From NCBI GenBank assembly GCA_014729675.1, contig WJJM01000044.1:1-53428 (forward strand): 53,428 bases of DNA, written 5' to 3'. Origin of the DNA: Candidatus Woesearchaeota archaeon. GTDB taxonomy: Archaea; Nanobdellota; Nanobdellia; Woesearchaeales; WJKL01. Shown piece after piece: positions 25,850-35,424 of this stretch. Position 1 is the first letter of the stretch. Each line of letters begins with the position of its first letter. A model generated the notes under the pieces. It had not been told where the DNA came from. It worked only from the letters and a program-made list of their open reading frames with translations, and did not search any database. The translations under genes were made by a program, and so were the position numbers.

Positions 25850-27898
25850 ATGGTACAGTTCAGCAATTATATGACCCCTATGGACAGGGATTACGGCAGA
25901 CCTACGGCTGAAGAGCCGAGTACAAACGATGCAGGTATCGGAGTAGGGGATATAGGTATGTCTGTCCCTATGGGCATTGCAGCTCAAAATGTACAAGGAG
26001 TAGATGCAAAGATGAGGGCAGGAGCAAATGCTCTTGAGATACAGTTTCCAGGAGCTCAAAGAGGCCAAAGAAATGCCCAGACTCCCGGCTTGTTCGGAAA
26101 GGATCAAAGACAGGCTATGAAAGAGCTTGCAGATATCAATGAGGTCAATCTTACAACCCATTCATCTTTTGGAGTGATGGGCCTGGCTGGGATGGACCAG
26201 CAGGGAAATTTTTCAGCAGACAACAGGAAGATGGCCATAGATGAGATAAAGAGGGCTGTTGAGTTTGCTGCAGATACAGCTCAGGGAGGATCTGTTGTCG
26301 TCCATACAGGAGAGTTCCAAAGGCCTGTTTCAGAGCAGCCGTGGGCAAAGAATCCTGACGGATCATATAAATTTAAAGCCCATGAAGAAGAAGATAAAGA
26401 TGCAGTTATCAGAGTCGTGGATGACAGGACAGGACAAATTGTCCAACAGGTAAGAAAAGGCCAGACTGTCGCAAGGCCTGTATGGCTAAGAGCCAATAAC
26501 GATTATGAATGGACAGATACAAAGACAGGAAAGAGATATCATGTCAACCAGGGAGAGTATATAGATTATGAAGGCAATAAGGTTTCCAGAAAAAACAGGG
26601 TTCCTGAGTATGACTCTGATTCAGGAAGGTTCAGGGTGGAGGTTCAGGATTGGACCTCTTTTGAGAAAGAAGCAAACGAGATCAACAAAGAGGAAGCCCG
26701 GGAAAAAGGACTCTCAATACAGGAATTCAAGGTCAAATATCCCGACAAGTACATCCATCCTGAAGAAGCATTTCTTAAGGCCACTCTTGAGACAAACATG
26801 GCCAACAGCAAGGGATGGGCATTGTATTACGGGGAGCAGTATGAGCGAGCTGTAGATACATTGAAAAAACTAAGAAAAGCAAAAAAATTCTATGAAGATC
26901 TTGAAAAGAACACTCCTAAAAGCGAGAGATGGAAACTCACAAGAGAATACAAAAAAGACCTTGAAAGATACGGGCTGATTCCCAGAGGATACGAGCTTCC
27001 CACTAAGATTATCGATGACCAGATAAAAGATATGGAAAGGACAATAGAACAGTCAAGAGAAGCCTCATCATCCCAGCAGGCTCAGGCAAGAGATGCAGAA
27101 GAGACTATGAGCCACATCCAGTCAGCTGAAAAATACGCTTTAAAGCAGTCATTCAGGTCATATGCAGAAGCAGGGATATATGCTTACGATCAGACAAGGG
27201 GAAAGCACCTCAAGAATCCCCTGGCTGTTACCATGGAAAACATCTTTCCGGAATCATATGGAAGCCATCCTGACGAGCTTAAAGAGCTTGTCATCAACAG
27301 CAGAAAAGAGATGACAAGGCTTCTTCATGATGAAAGAGGGGTTCCTATGGATGAGGCTAAGAAATATGCAAAAGAGCACCTTAAAGCCACATTAGATACA
27401 GGCCATATAAACACCTGGAGAAAATACTGGCAGAATGACCCTAAAAAAAGCATGAAACAGAATGATACTGATTTCAAGAAATGGATACTAGAGAAAACAG
27501 AAGAGCTTGCAAAGACAGACATTATAGGCAATGTCCATCTTGCTGACAATTTCGGCTATCAGGATGATCATCTTGCTCCAGGCCAGGGCTCAACTCCTGT
27601 AAAAGAGATGGTAGAGATACTGAAAAAGCACGGCTATAAAGGAGCATTGACAGTAGAACCGGGCGCAGATGCCTCTACTGATATGTCTGACTTCCACGGA
27701 CTTATGAAGACATGGCAGTTGTTTGGCTCTCCTGTCTATGGAGCCCATGGCCCTGTAGGAAGGACAGATGTCCCAAAAGCAAGCTGGGGAGACATACAAT
27801 ATTCTTATTTTGGCCAGAACAAGCCGCCTTATTTCGTGTTTGGCTCATATTCCCCATCACAGGACTGGAGCTTATGGACTCAGACGCCGATGGAGTAG
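25850..27898 (+). CDS. Xylose-isomerase-like TIM-barrel (AP endonuclease family 2 / endonuclease IV-like) protein interrupted by a large insertion
   Basis: Ordered motifs parallel E. coli Nfo: LTTHSS, VVVHTGE, TMENIF, TLDTGHIN (D..H), NVHLADN, DDHLAPGQG (D.H..G.G), LTVEPG. About 310 aa separate VHTGE (aa ~152) from MEN (aa ~463), against ~36 aa in Nfo. Confidence 0.6.
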   Translation: MVQFSNYMTPMDRDYGRPTAEEPSTNDAGIGVGDIGMSVPMGIAAQNVQGVDAKMRAGANALEIQFPGAQRGQRNAQTPGLFGKDQRQAMKELADINEVNLTTHSSFGVMGLAGMDQQGNFSADNRKMAIDEIKRAVEFAADTAQGGSVVVHTGEFQRPVSEQPWAKNPDGSYKFKAHEEEDKDAVIRVVDDRTGQIVQQVRKGQTVARPVWLRANNDYEWTDTKTGKRYHVNQGEYIDYEGNKVSRKNRVPEYDSDSGRFRVEVQDWTSFEKEANEINKEEAREKGLSIQEFKVKYPDKYIHPEEAFLKATLETNMANSKGWALYYGEQYERAVDTLKKLRKAKKFYEDLEKNTPKSERWKLTREYKKDLERYGLIPRGYELPTKIIDDQIKDMERTIEQSREASSSQQAQARDAEETMSHIQSAEKYALKQSFRSYAEAGIYAYDQTRGKHLKNPLAVTMENIFPESYGSHPDELKELVINSRKEMTRLLHDERGVPMDEAKKYAKEHLKATLDTGHINTWRKYWQNDPKKSMKQNDTDFKKWILEKTEELAKTDIIGNVHLADNFGYQDDHLAPGQGSTPVKEMVEILKKHGYKGALTVEPGADASTDMSDFHGLMKTWQLFGSPVYGAHGPVGRTDVPKASWGDIQYSYFGQNKPPYFVFGSYSPSQDWSLWTQTPME

Positions 27899-27958
27899 AA
27901 AGATAGGCTTTTCTAATATAGAAAGATATTTAAAATATACTTTTTAATTAATAATAAA

Positions 27959-28909
27959 ATGTTTGAATTTTTCTTCGGAAATCCAAAAAGAAAAGCCTTT
28001 AAAGATTATAAATGGCTACAAGACCAATTAGCCAAAGAACCATATAGTCAAAAAGAACTGAACAATATCTTTGATGATATTAAAAAAAGGATAAAAGATC
28101 TTAACAAACAATCATTAAGATTATATCTGAAAGATGAAAACATAATCAAGAAATGTAAAAACTTAAGTCCAGATATACTGAACAAAAGAAACCTCAAGAC
28201 AATAGAAGCGAGATTAAAAGGTTATGAATCAAAGTATATAAGAGTAATCTTAGATGATATAATAGAAGCAATAGATACAGCCAGGGAAATAGGAGGAAGC
28301 CCTTCTGAAATTTTTAAGAATTTTAAGCAGCTTGTAGACGAAGATATAACAACAAAACTTCCATCAATTATGAACAAGATGATTGAAGTAGATAATTTCT
28401 TAGAACACATCCATCTATCTCATGAAGAAATTGAATTTTATACTATGAAGAAAAGAGGTAAAACCCAAATCTTTCCAAATGTTGAGGTATACCTAGATTC
28501 AAATATTAATTACATATTAATTAAAATAAATAATGAAGTTGAGAAGCATATTATAACTGGAAGTGAAACTGCTCCAAATAATTGGTATAAACATATTAAA
28601 TTATTGTTGGGTTTGAGATACAAGAATGGAGAAGCCCAATTTTCAGAATCTGTTTTTAATTGGAAAGAAGTTCTAGCTCTTGAAGAAAAAGCCCTTGAAA
28701 AATTTAAAGGGTATTTTAATCAGAGGAATAAAGAGTTTAGATTATTTTTCAAATTTGATAAAGACATTGGCATAACTGATATCAGACGTACAGGAGATTG
28801 GAAGAAAACCAAAATTATAGCAGTATGGTTCAAACCATCTGGTAGAAATTATGCTTATCATGGCTATCCAGCAGATTCCACAGAAGTAAGGATAGAAAAC
28901 CAAAATTAA
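27959..28909 (+). CDS. Hypothetical protein (316 aa)
   Basis: Long clean ORF, Lys-rich and helical at the N-terminus. No motif recognised. Confidence 0.55.
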   Translation: MFEFFFGNPKRKAFKDYKWLQDQLAKEPYSQKELNNIFDDIKKRIKDLNKQSLRLYLKDENIIKKCKNLSPDILNKRNLKTIEARLKGYESKYIRVILDDIIEAIDTAREIGGSPSEIFKNFKQLVDEDITTKLPSIMNKMIEVDNFLEHIHLSHEEIEFYTMKKRGKTQIFPNVEVYLDSNINYILIKINNEVEKHIITGSETAPNNWYKHIKLLLGLRYKNGEAQFSESVFNWKEVLALEEKALEKFKGYFNQRNKEFRLFFKFDKDIGITDIRRTGDWKKTKIIAVWFKPSGRNYAYHGYPADSTEVRIENQN

Positions 28910-29529
28910 TTTTGTTTAGATAGATAAACTAATCTTTGGTATGTTCCTAATTTATCAACATTTAATTTCTTGAAATAAGAATCAATCTTTTTTGTTAAAT
29001 CAACAATCTTCTTTTTGAATACATCTTTAGAAACTTCATCATGGCAAATATCATTTATTTTAGAATCATACCAAATTAAAGAAATATCTTCTTCATCAGG
29101 ACTTATTATAGCCAAATTTAATCCCACACCAGTATCTCTGCCTATTTGATAGCAATCATAAAATCTATATTTTTTCTCGTCGTCTTTTGGAAAATCAAAA
29201 AAGAGACTTTTAGCATTTTCTAAGAAATAATCATAATCTGGTTCTGGTGTCAATTTATCTTCTAATGTCGTAATAAGTGAATCAAAATGAACCAAAGGAT
29301 GTGAATCAATAGCATATCTTTCTTTTCCTTCTTTACTATTACCTAAAGGGTATTGCCCGTTAATCCCTATTAAGGTATATCCGAAGAAAATAGCATTTAA
29401 TGGGGATACTGGATTTTCTGAATCTTCAATCTCTTCTTTAATCTCCTCATCAGTTCTTTCAAACTCTAATCCAATCTTAAATCTAGAATCATCTTTCAGA
29501 TAATTATCTAATGTAAATGTTTTAGTCAT
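28906..29529 (-). CDS. Hypothetical protein (207 aa)
   Basis: Clean ORF. Convergent with 27959-28909 (stops overlap) and divergent from rtcB. No motif recognised. Confidence 0.55.
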   Translation of the reverse strand: MTKTFTLDNYLKDDSRFKIGLEFERTDEEIKEEIEDSENPVSPLNAIFFGYTLIGINGQYPLGNSKEGKERYAIDSHPLVHFDSLITTLEDKLTPEPDYDYFLENAKSLFFDFPKDDEKKYRFYDCYQIGRDTGVGLNLAIISPDEEDISLIWYDSKINDICHDEVSKDVFKKKIVDLTKKIDSYFKKLNVDKLGTYQRLVYLSKQN

Positions 29530-29632
29530 ATCTTCAGTTAAGACTTCTGGATTTATAAAGCTTATGTTTTGTTACTATAAATAAGTAATAAAAATAACAA
29601 AGTTTTATAAATGGATTTTTCTTAACTGCATT

Positions 29633-30940
29633 ATGAAATCCCCAGTTTACTTTGATTACCAAGAAAATCCTAAAATTAGAGTATATATGAATGAAAAATT
29701 AAAATCTCATAAAACATATACTAAAGGATTATATCAATTAGCTTATGCTGCTACTTTGGATAATATTATAGAGCCAATCGTAGGTTTGCCAGATCTGACA
29801 GGGGCTTATGGTTTGCCTGTTGGAGGAGTATTAGCTACTGATGCTGAAAAGGGACCAATCTCTCTCAATGCTATTGGGGGAGATATAGGTTGCGGAATTT
29901 CACTATCTCAAACAAGTATTCCAAAACAAGGTTTCTTTGATTCTAAACTCAATATCAATAAATGTCAAAAGGTTACCTCTTCAATTAAAAAGCAATTATT
30001 TTCCGACAAAGAGAGCAATCCTGAAAAACTTCTACTTAAAGGTGCAGAAGGCATATCTGATACAAAGGAAATGTTCAAAATAGAAAATTATGGTTCTTTA
30101 AAAATTAATAATTCAGATACAATTGATAAAAAATTGATAAAAAAAGCAGAAGATCAGATTGGAACCTTAGGAGGAGGAAATCATTTTATTGATTTCTTAT
30201 ACTGTACCGAAATTGAAGATAAAGACCTGGCAAAAAGATGGAATATAAATCCAGATAACATTCAATTTATGATTCATACAGGGAGCAGAGGCGTTGGAAG
30301 CTATATAAAAAATAAATATTCTGATCCGGATAAATATCATGATAAAATTAGCAGAATATTCCAGCCGAAAAAATTTAATTCTGAAAAAGGTCAGGAAATT
30401 TTTTATGCTACCAAGATTGCTTCTAACTTTGCATATGCTAACAGAGCAAAGGTAAGAGAAATAGTAGAAGAAGCCGTAGACTCAAAATCAGAACTTTTAT
30501 ATGATTTTATTCATAATAACATCACATTAGAAGATGATATGCTCGTTCATAGAAAAGGAGCGTCAAGTGCTTTTCCTAAAAGCCATAAAGGTAATGTAGA
30601 AACATATTTAGAAACAGGACATCCCATTATAATTCCTGGAACATTAGGTACTTCAACTTATATTTTAAGCGGAACAGATAAACTAAAAAATACTTTTTAT
30701 TCAGTAAACCATGGAGCTGGAAGAAAATGGCCAAGGGGTTATGTAAGAAAAAAACAAAATCAAAAAAGATTTAAACAGAAACCTGAGAATGTATTTATAA
30801 ATCTAAGCCTTAAAAATTATGTTGAAGAACTTCCAATCGTTTACAAAGATATTGATGAAACTATTAATACATTGGAAGAAAATGGCCTTATTAAAAAAGT
30901 TGCAAAACTTAAGCCTTTTTTTGTTTATTTAGAACAATAA
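29633..30940 (+). CDS. rtcB: RtcB-family RNA 3'-phosphate ligase (divergent paralog)
   Basis: GGDIGCGISL (Asp/Cys metal ligands), GTLGGGNHFIDF, MIHTGSRGVG, HNNIT, VHRKGAS, PGTLGTSTYIL, VNHGAGR (nucleophilic His). The first motif reads PDLTGAYGLPVGGV rather than PD.H.GYG. Confidence 0.8.
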   Translation: MKSPVYFDYQENPKIRVYMNEKLKSHKTYTKGLYQLAYAATLDNIIEPIVGLPDLTGAYGLPVGGVLATDAEKGPISLNAIGGDIGCGISLSQTSIPKQGFFDSKLNINKCQKVTSSIKKQLFSDKESNPEKLLLKGAEGISDTKEMFKIENYGSLKINNSDTIDKKLIKKAEDQIGTLGGGNHFIDFLYCTEIEDKDLAKRWNINPDNIQFMIHTGSRGVGSYIKNKYSDPDKYHDKISRIFQPKKFNSEKGQEIFYATKIASNFAYANRAKVREIVEEAVDSKSELLYDFIHNNITLEDDMLVHRKGASSAFPKSHKGNVETYLETGHPIIIPGTLGTSTYILSGTDKLKNTFYSVNHGAGRKWPRGYVRKKQNQKRFKQKPENVFINLSLKNYVEELPIVYKDIDETINTLEENGLIKKVAKLKPFFVYLEQ

Positions 30941-30947
30941 TTAAATT

Positions 30948-31730
30948 TTACTCCCTAACAACAATCAGATTCCCGCTTTCATATCTTTTAAGGCCTATCC
31001 TGAATATAAGATATGCTAGGAGAGCTATAAGAACAGTGAATCCAAGAAGTATCAAAAACCATTGCCAGTTGAAGCTTTTCAGTATACCTACTGGAATGCC
31101 TCCTACAAATCCTGCAGGGATTATTGTCAATAGAAGGAATCTGCTTAACCCTCCGAACAATGAAAAAGGATAGGTTGAAAATACGATTATACCAAGTTCT
31201 AATGAATTCGAAAGCGATTCTCCTTTGCCTATAAAAAATGACGATGAATTTATTATCAGTATGAAACTAGTATATATTATACTGCTTAATATTACAAGCA
31301 CGATAAACAAAGGATAGTTTATAGGATCTATGGCTAACACCCCTATCAATATCCCAAATACAAGATCTCCTATCCCTGCATAATCAATCTTGACTATAGA
31401 ATTCAACAGGATGCTTTTCGGCAGCACAATATAATAATCAAGTCCTCCTTCTGATATATTCTTGTGCAATTTTCTTGCATTATAGAACAAGGTTCTGCTA
31501 AGACCTATTGCAACTGAAACTACAGCCATAAGCATCATAAAATCCTGAAACATCCACCCGTTCATCTCTTTGAACTTGTCAAATAATATCCACCAGAATA
31601 AAAGGAGAAACACATTATTCAGGATCATAGATGTTGTCATGAATAAAAAATTAAACTTGTATTCCATAGCTGAAGCTAGATTAAACTTTATATTTTCTAT
31701 AAGATAAGATATCTCCTGCTTAACCCCCAT
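30948..31730 (-). CDS. ABC-2-type transporter permease subunit
   Basis: Six hydrophobic helices. Overlaps the upstream permease gene. Same operon as the ATPase at 32508. Confidence 0.65.
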   Translation of the reverse strand: MGVKQEISYLIENIKFNLASAMEYKFNFLFMTTSMILNNVFLLLFWWILFDKFKEMNGWMFQDFMMLMAVVSVAIGLSRTLFYNARKLHKNISEGGLDYYIVLPKSILLNSIVKIDYAGIGDLVFGILIGVLAIDPINYPLFIVLVILSSIIYTSFILIINSSSFFIGKGESLSNSLELGIIVFSTYPFSLFGGLSRFLLLTIIPAGFVGGIPVGILKSFNWQWFLILLGFTVLIALLAYLIFRIGLKRYESGNLIVVRE

Positions 31731-32511
31731 TGATGCTCACCTTCTTTATTCCTATTCTATATAATATTGAAACTAAGATTATCAGGACAAGTATCCAGGA
31801 AAGCTGGAAGAAAAATGTCTTTGCCATAAATTCTGGAGAGAAATCTACAAAGAGCTTTGCAGGATAGTATAATATCGCTGAAAAAGGAAGATATCTTGCA
31901 GGGATCTGAAGCCATAAAGGAAGGATATCAAGAGGAAAAAGAAAACCTCCTAGTATGAATCTCATCTTGTCATACATAAAATAAAGTCCAAAGACCTCTT
32001 CAAGCCAGAAAGCCATTATCGCTATACAGCAGGCTATGAGAAAACTTAATACAAATGAAAGAAATATAGAGATTATCCCGAAGAATACCCCATATATGTT
32101 TAGCTGGATAGGCCCGACAAATATCCAAGCTATAAAAACAGCTGCAGTAAAGATAATTGCCCATCTTAACAGAGCAAAACCTATTTTTGAGAAGAATTTT
32201 GCTGCAATATAATTATAGGGCTTGTTAAGTTGATACGCTATCTTCCCTGACTTTATCTCTCCTTCTATCTCTCTTATTATACCTCTTAAGGGCATAAACA
32301 CAATGGACTCAGTTATGACTAGATACCATATCATCTGGGCAAGGGTAAATCCTGCTATGATATTCCTGTCCTGATACAAAACTCTCCATAATGCTATCAG
32401 GATCAACATTATCATGATTACAAGTCCTGAGCTGATAAAGAAGTCAATAATATATGCAAGAGAATTCTGCAGGTTTATCTTTCCGATATGATAATACTTG
32501 CCAAGAGTCAT
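31720..32511 (-). CDS. ABC-2-type transporter permease subunit
   Basis: Polytopic membrane protein. 4-nt overlap with the ATPase gene. Confidence 0.65.
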   Translation of the reverse strand: MTLGKYYHIGKINLQNSLAYIIDFFISSGLVIMIMLILIALWRVLYQDRNIIAGFTLAQMIWYLVITESIVFMPLRGIIREIEGEIKSGKIAYQLNKPYNYIAAKFFSKIGFALLRWAIIFTAAVFIAWIFVGPIQLNIYGVFFGIISIFLSFVLSFLIACCIAIMAFWLEEVFGLYFMYDKMRFILGGFLFPLDILPLWLQIPARYLPFSAILYYPAKLFVDFSPEFMAKTFFFQLSWILVLIILVSILYRIGIKKVSINGG

Positions 32512-33497
32512 TTTTTATATATCATTTCGATTATCTCTTCTACAGGTGGATCTGAGATGACCATATCTGCTATATTGTATCTTCTTGTTATATGCTCAAG
32601 AAGCTTTTTTATAGAAATCTTATCAGTGTCTATCTCAAGTTTTGCTTTGTATTTCTTTTTAGAAATGATATTTACATCTTTTAATTTCAGCTCTTTTATG
32701 GGATCTTCAAAAAGAATATCTACAACCTTATACTTAAGATAGTTCTTTATCTTTCTTATGGTGTCGTCATAAACTATATTTCCTTTGTTTATTATGACAA
32801 GCCTTTTGCATATCTTCTCTACATCTTCCATATCATGAGATGTAAGGATTATAGTAAGTTTTTCCTTTTTGTTGAGATCTTTTATGAGTTTCCTTATCCT
32901 TTTTTTCGCTATAAGATCAAGGCCTATAGTAGGCTCATCAAGGAATAATATTTCAGGCTTGTGCAGCAATGAAGCTACTATCTCACACCTCATTCTCTGG
33001 CCAAGGCTCAGTTTTCTTACAGGCTGCTTTATGAAATCTTTTATCTCAAATATCTCTCCAAGATGATCCAGCCTTTTTCTGAACTCTTCTTCAGGGACCT
33101 CGTATATCTTTGAGAAAAGATAGAAGGTATCTATAGCAGGCAGATGATACATCAGCTGAGGCTTTTGGCCAAAAACAGTACCGATCTTATATGCTAGTTT
33201 TTTCCTTTCTTTCTGAGGATTAAGGCCCAAAACTTTTACTTTGCCTTTTGTAGGGTACATGATCCCTGTCATGATCTTTATCGCCGTAGATTTTCCAGCT
33301 CCATTGGGTCCGATAAATCCAACTAATTCTCCTTTCTTTACATCAAACGATATATTTTTTACAGCCCTTATCTCTTTATAGTTTGGCCTGAACATTGCTT
33401 TTAAGCTTCCTTTAAGACCTTTATCTTTCTGCTTTGCCTTAAAGTCTTTCACAAGCCCTTTTAACTCTATAGCGTTTTTCATATATTCTTTATGCAT
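32508..33497 (-). CDS. ABC transporter ATP-binding protein
   Basis: Walker A GPNGAGKST, signature LSLGQRMR, Walker B ILFLDEPTIGLD, H-loop TSHDM. The start is taken at MHKEYMKNAIELK, because the 35 aa upstream in the track ORF cover a TATA-like AT-rich stretch. Confidence 0.85.
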   Translation of the reverse strand: MHKEYMKNAIELKGLVKDFKAKQKDKGLKGSLKAMFRPNYKEIRAVKNISFDVKKGELVGFIGPNGAGKSTAIKIMTGIMYPTKGKVKVLGLNPQKERKKLAYKIGTVFGQKPQLMYHLPAIDTFYLFSKIYEVPEEEFRKRLDHLGEIFEIKDFIKQPVRKLSLGQRMRCEIVASLLHKPEILFLDEPTIGLDLIAKKRIRKLIKDLNKKEKLTIILTSHDMEDVEKICKRLVIINKGNIVYDDTIRKIKNYLKYKVVDILFEDPIKELKLKDVNIISKKKYKAKLEIDTDKISIKKLLEHITRRYNIADMVISDPPVEEIIEMIYKK

Positions 33498-33773
33498 AAG
33501 CTTTATATATTTAAATATATTTATTATATTTAGATGCCATTTGACCCGATAAGCTCCTTTTTGACAAAAGCAAAGTGTCCCAACTGCAGTACTGAGATAC
33601 ATTGGGGCATAACCACCAGATACGACTCCAAACAGGACGCAGAAATCTGCAATGTCTGCAAGACAGTTTTGGGAAAAGAATAATAAAGAAAAAGATTATT
33701 CCAAGGTTTGTTTTAATTCATAGATATTTTTTTCTGATTCATATTCAAGCGCACAGATATATTTTTTAAGATT

Positions 33774-34229
33774 TCATATCTTTCTTTCCATAAGTATATA
33801 ATGAAATGGATGGCCTTCAGTCTTTGCATTCACTTTCCTTATTTTCTTAAAGCCCATATTCTTATAAAAGTCCATTGCAACAGGCGAACTATGCACAATT
33901 ACTTTCTTTATCTTTCTTTTCTTAGCAAGATCTATCATCTTTCTCATCAACTTTCTGCCGATACCTTTTCTATGATATCTTGCATTGACAAAAAGATTCT
34001 TGATTTCATTTCCTTTTAGCCCTACAATCCCTATGATGCATTCCTCTTCTTGCATAACATAAAGGTCTCTTACTTTTGTCAGTTCCAATATTTTCTTAGG
34101 AGACCTTTGACTGGCCATGAATTCAACTGTCTTCTTAGGATAACACTCTTTGAAAGTCTTTTTCATGGTGCTTTGGATTAAGTAACTGGCTTTCCTTGCA
34201 TCCTTAGGTTTAAATTTCCTTATCTTCAT
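33774..34229 (-). CDS. GNAT-family N-acetyltransferase
   Basis: Acetyl-CoA motif A: NLFVNARYHRKGIGRKLM. Confidence 0.8.
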   Translation of the reverse strand: MKIRKFKPKDARKASYLIQSTMKKTFKECYPKKTVEFMASQRSPKKILELTKVRDLYVMQEEECIIGIVGLKGNEIKNLFVNARYHRKGIGRKLMRKMIDLAKKRKIKKVIVHSSPVAMDFYKNMGFKKIRKVNAKTEGHPFHYILMERKI

Positions 34230-35424
34230 CTTTCCTCATCCTTCTCCACCCTATGACATATATCAAAGATAGTATAAATATGTCCAATATCAATATAGCT
34301 GAAGCCAGCATAAATGCCATACTTAGGCTATAGATATCTACGACCCAGCCGAAGAAAGGAGCAGAAGCTACTATAGCTCCTTTTGTTGTAAGGTTGCTTA
34401 TAGAGCCAACTGTTCCTCTGTTATGACTTTTAACATGTTTGTGGATATAGTCTGCAATGACAGGCTCAAACAATCCTCCTATAAACCCTATGATTACAGG
34501 AAATATCAAACCTATGGTCCAGCTAACTTTTGCCATGCCTATGAAGCTGAGTATCATGACAAGCAAAAGTATGACTAATATCTTCTTCTCTCCTAATGTC
34601 CTTTCTATGTTATCTGCATATCTTCCTCCGATAGCTGCGGCTCCGCCCATTGCAGCATATATCAGTCCAAAATAGACTATAGGTATGCCTATCGATTTAA
34701 GGTAAGGCTGGTAAAACAGGAATCCAGCAGTCATGACTGCAAAGATTATCGCAGAATAGGCTATAAAGAACCTTATCTTCTTATGTTTTGCAGTGAAGCT
34801 TGCAGCTTTCTTCAGATGATTCAGATAATTCTTTTCTCCATGCTTGTATCTTTTTGTATCAGTAAAGCTAAAAGACACCAAAAGTCCGAAAAAAGCAGGC
34901 ACTGCTGTAAGTAGGATAGGAAGTCTTAAGCTATAGCTTGCCATAAATCCCCCTGCTAATGAGGCTACAGCAAACCCTATGCTGTTTATCCCTACAACTC
35001 TTCCGAACAATCTTTTAAACTTGCTTTCCTGGCCTAATTCTTTCAGGTTATCATAAAAGAAAGGCTCTCTTGCGGATTCCCATGCTGCAGAAGACAATGC
35101 AAGTATCATTTCAGCCAGCAAAAACTGCCAAAAACTATACCCTGTAGCATATATTATAAATCCAGCTACAAAAAATATGGTATTTCCTACAAGCATCTTC
35201 TTCCTTCCTATATAATCTCCAGCTATCCCAAACGGAACTATGGTAATCATCACTGTAACTGTATATGCAGATTCAAGAAATGCTATCTGCGTCATACTTA
35301 ATCCATTGTCCTGCAGGAAAAGAATAAAGATAGGCACAGCAAAGAACATACTGCAGAATACCCTATACAGATAGAACTTCCAAATGTTCTTTTCAAGTTT
35401 TTCCTTTCTTTTCTTGGATATCAT
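34210..35424 (-). CDS. MFS-type transporter
   Basis: About 12 hydrophobic helices. GDYIGRKK loop motif between TM2 and TM3. Confidence 0.75.
   Translation of the reverse strand: MISKKRKEKLEKNIWKFYLYRVFCSMFFAVPIFILFLQDNGLSMTQIAFLESAYTVTVMITIVPFGIAGDYIGRKKMLVGNTIFFVAGFIIYATGYSFWQFLLAEMILALSSAAWESAREPFFYDNLKELGQESKFKRLFGRVVGINSIGFAVASLAGGFMASYSLRLPILLTAVPAFFGLLVSFSFTDTKRYKHGEKNYLNHLKKAASFTAKHKKIRFFIAYSAIIFAVMTAGFLFYQPYLKSIGIPIVYFGLIYAAMGGAAAIGGRYADNIERTLGEKKILVILLLVMILSFIGMAKVSWTIGLIFPVIIGFIGGLFEPVIADYIHKHVKSHNRGTVGSISNLTTKGAIVASAPFFGWVVDIYSLSMAFMLASAILILDIFILSLIYVIGWRRMRKDEDKEI

Noticed and set aside
33498-33602. N-terminal 35-aa extension of the ABC ATPase ORF.
   Set aside because: ABC ATPases begin a few residues before the first beta-strand (IELKGL). 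The extension spans an AT-rich TATA-like segment.
33603-33773. G+C-richer patch with small hairpins (tgtct-gca-agaca; gcaga-aa-tctgc) between the GNAT and ABC genes; considered as a tRNA or sRNA.
   Set aside because: The stems are 5 bp with 2-3-nt loops. There is no T-loop or anticodon-arm architecture.
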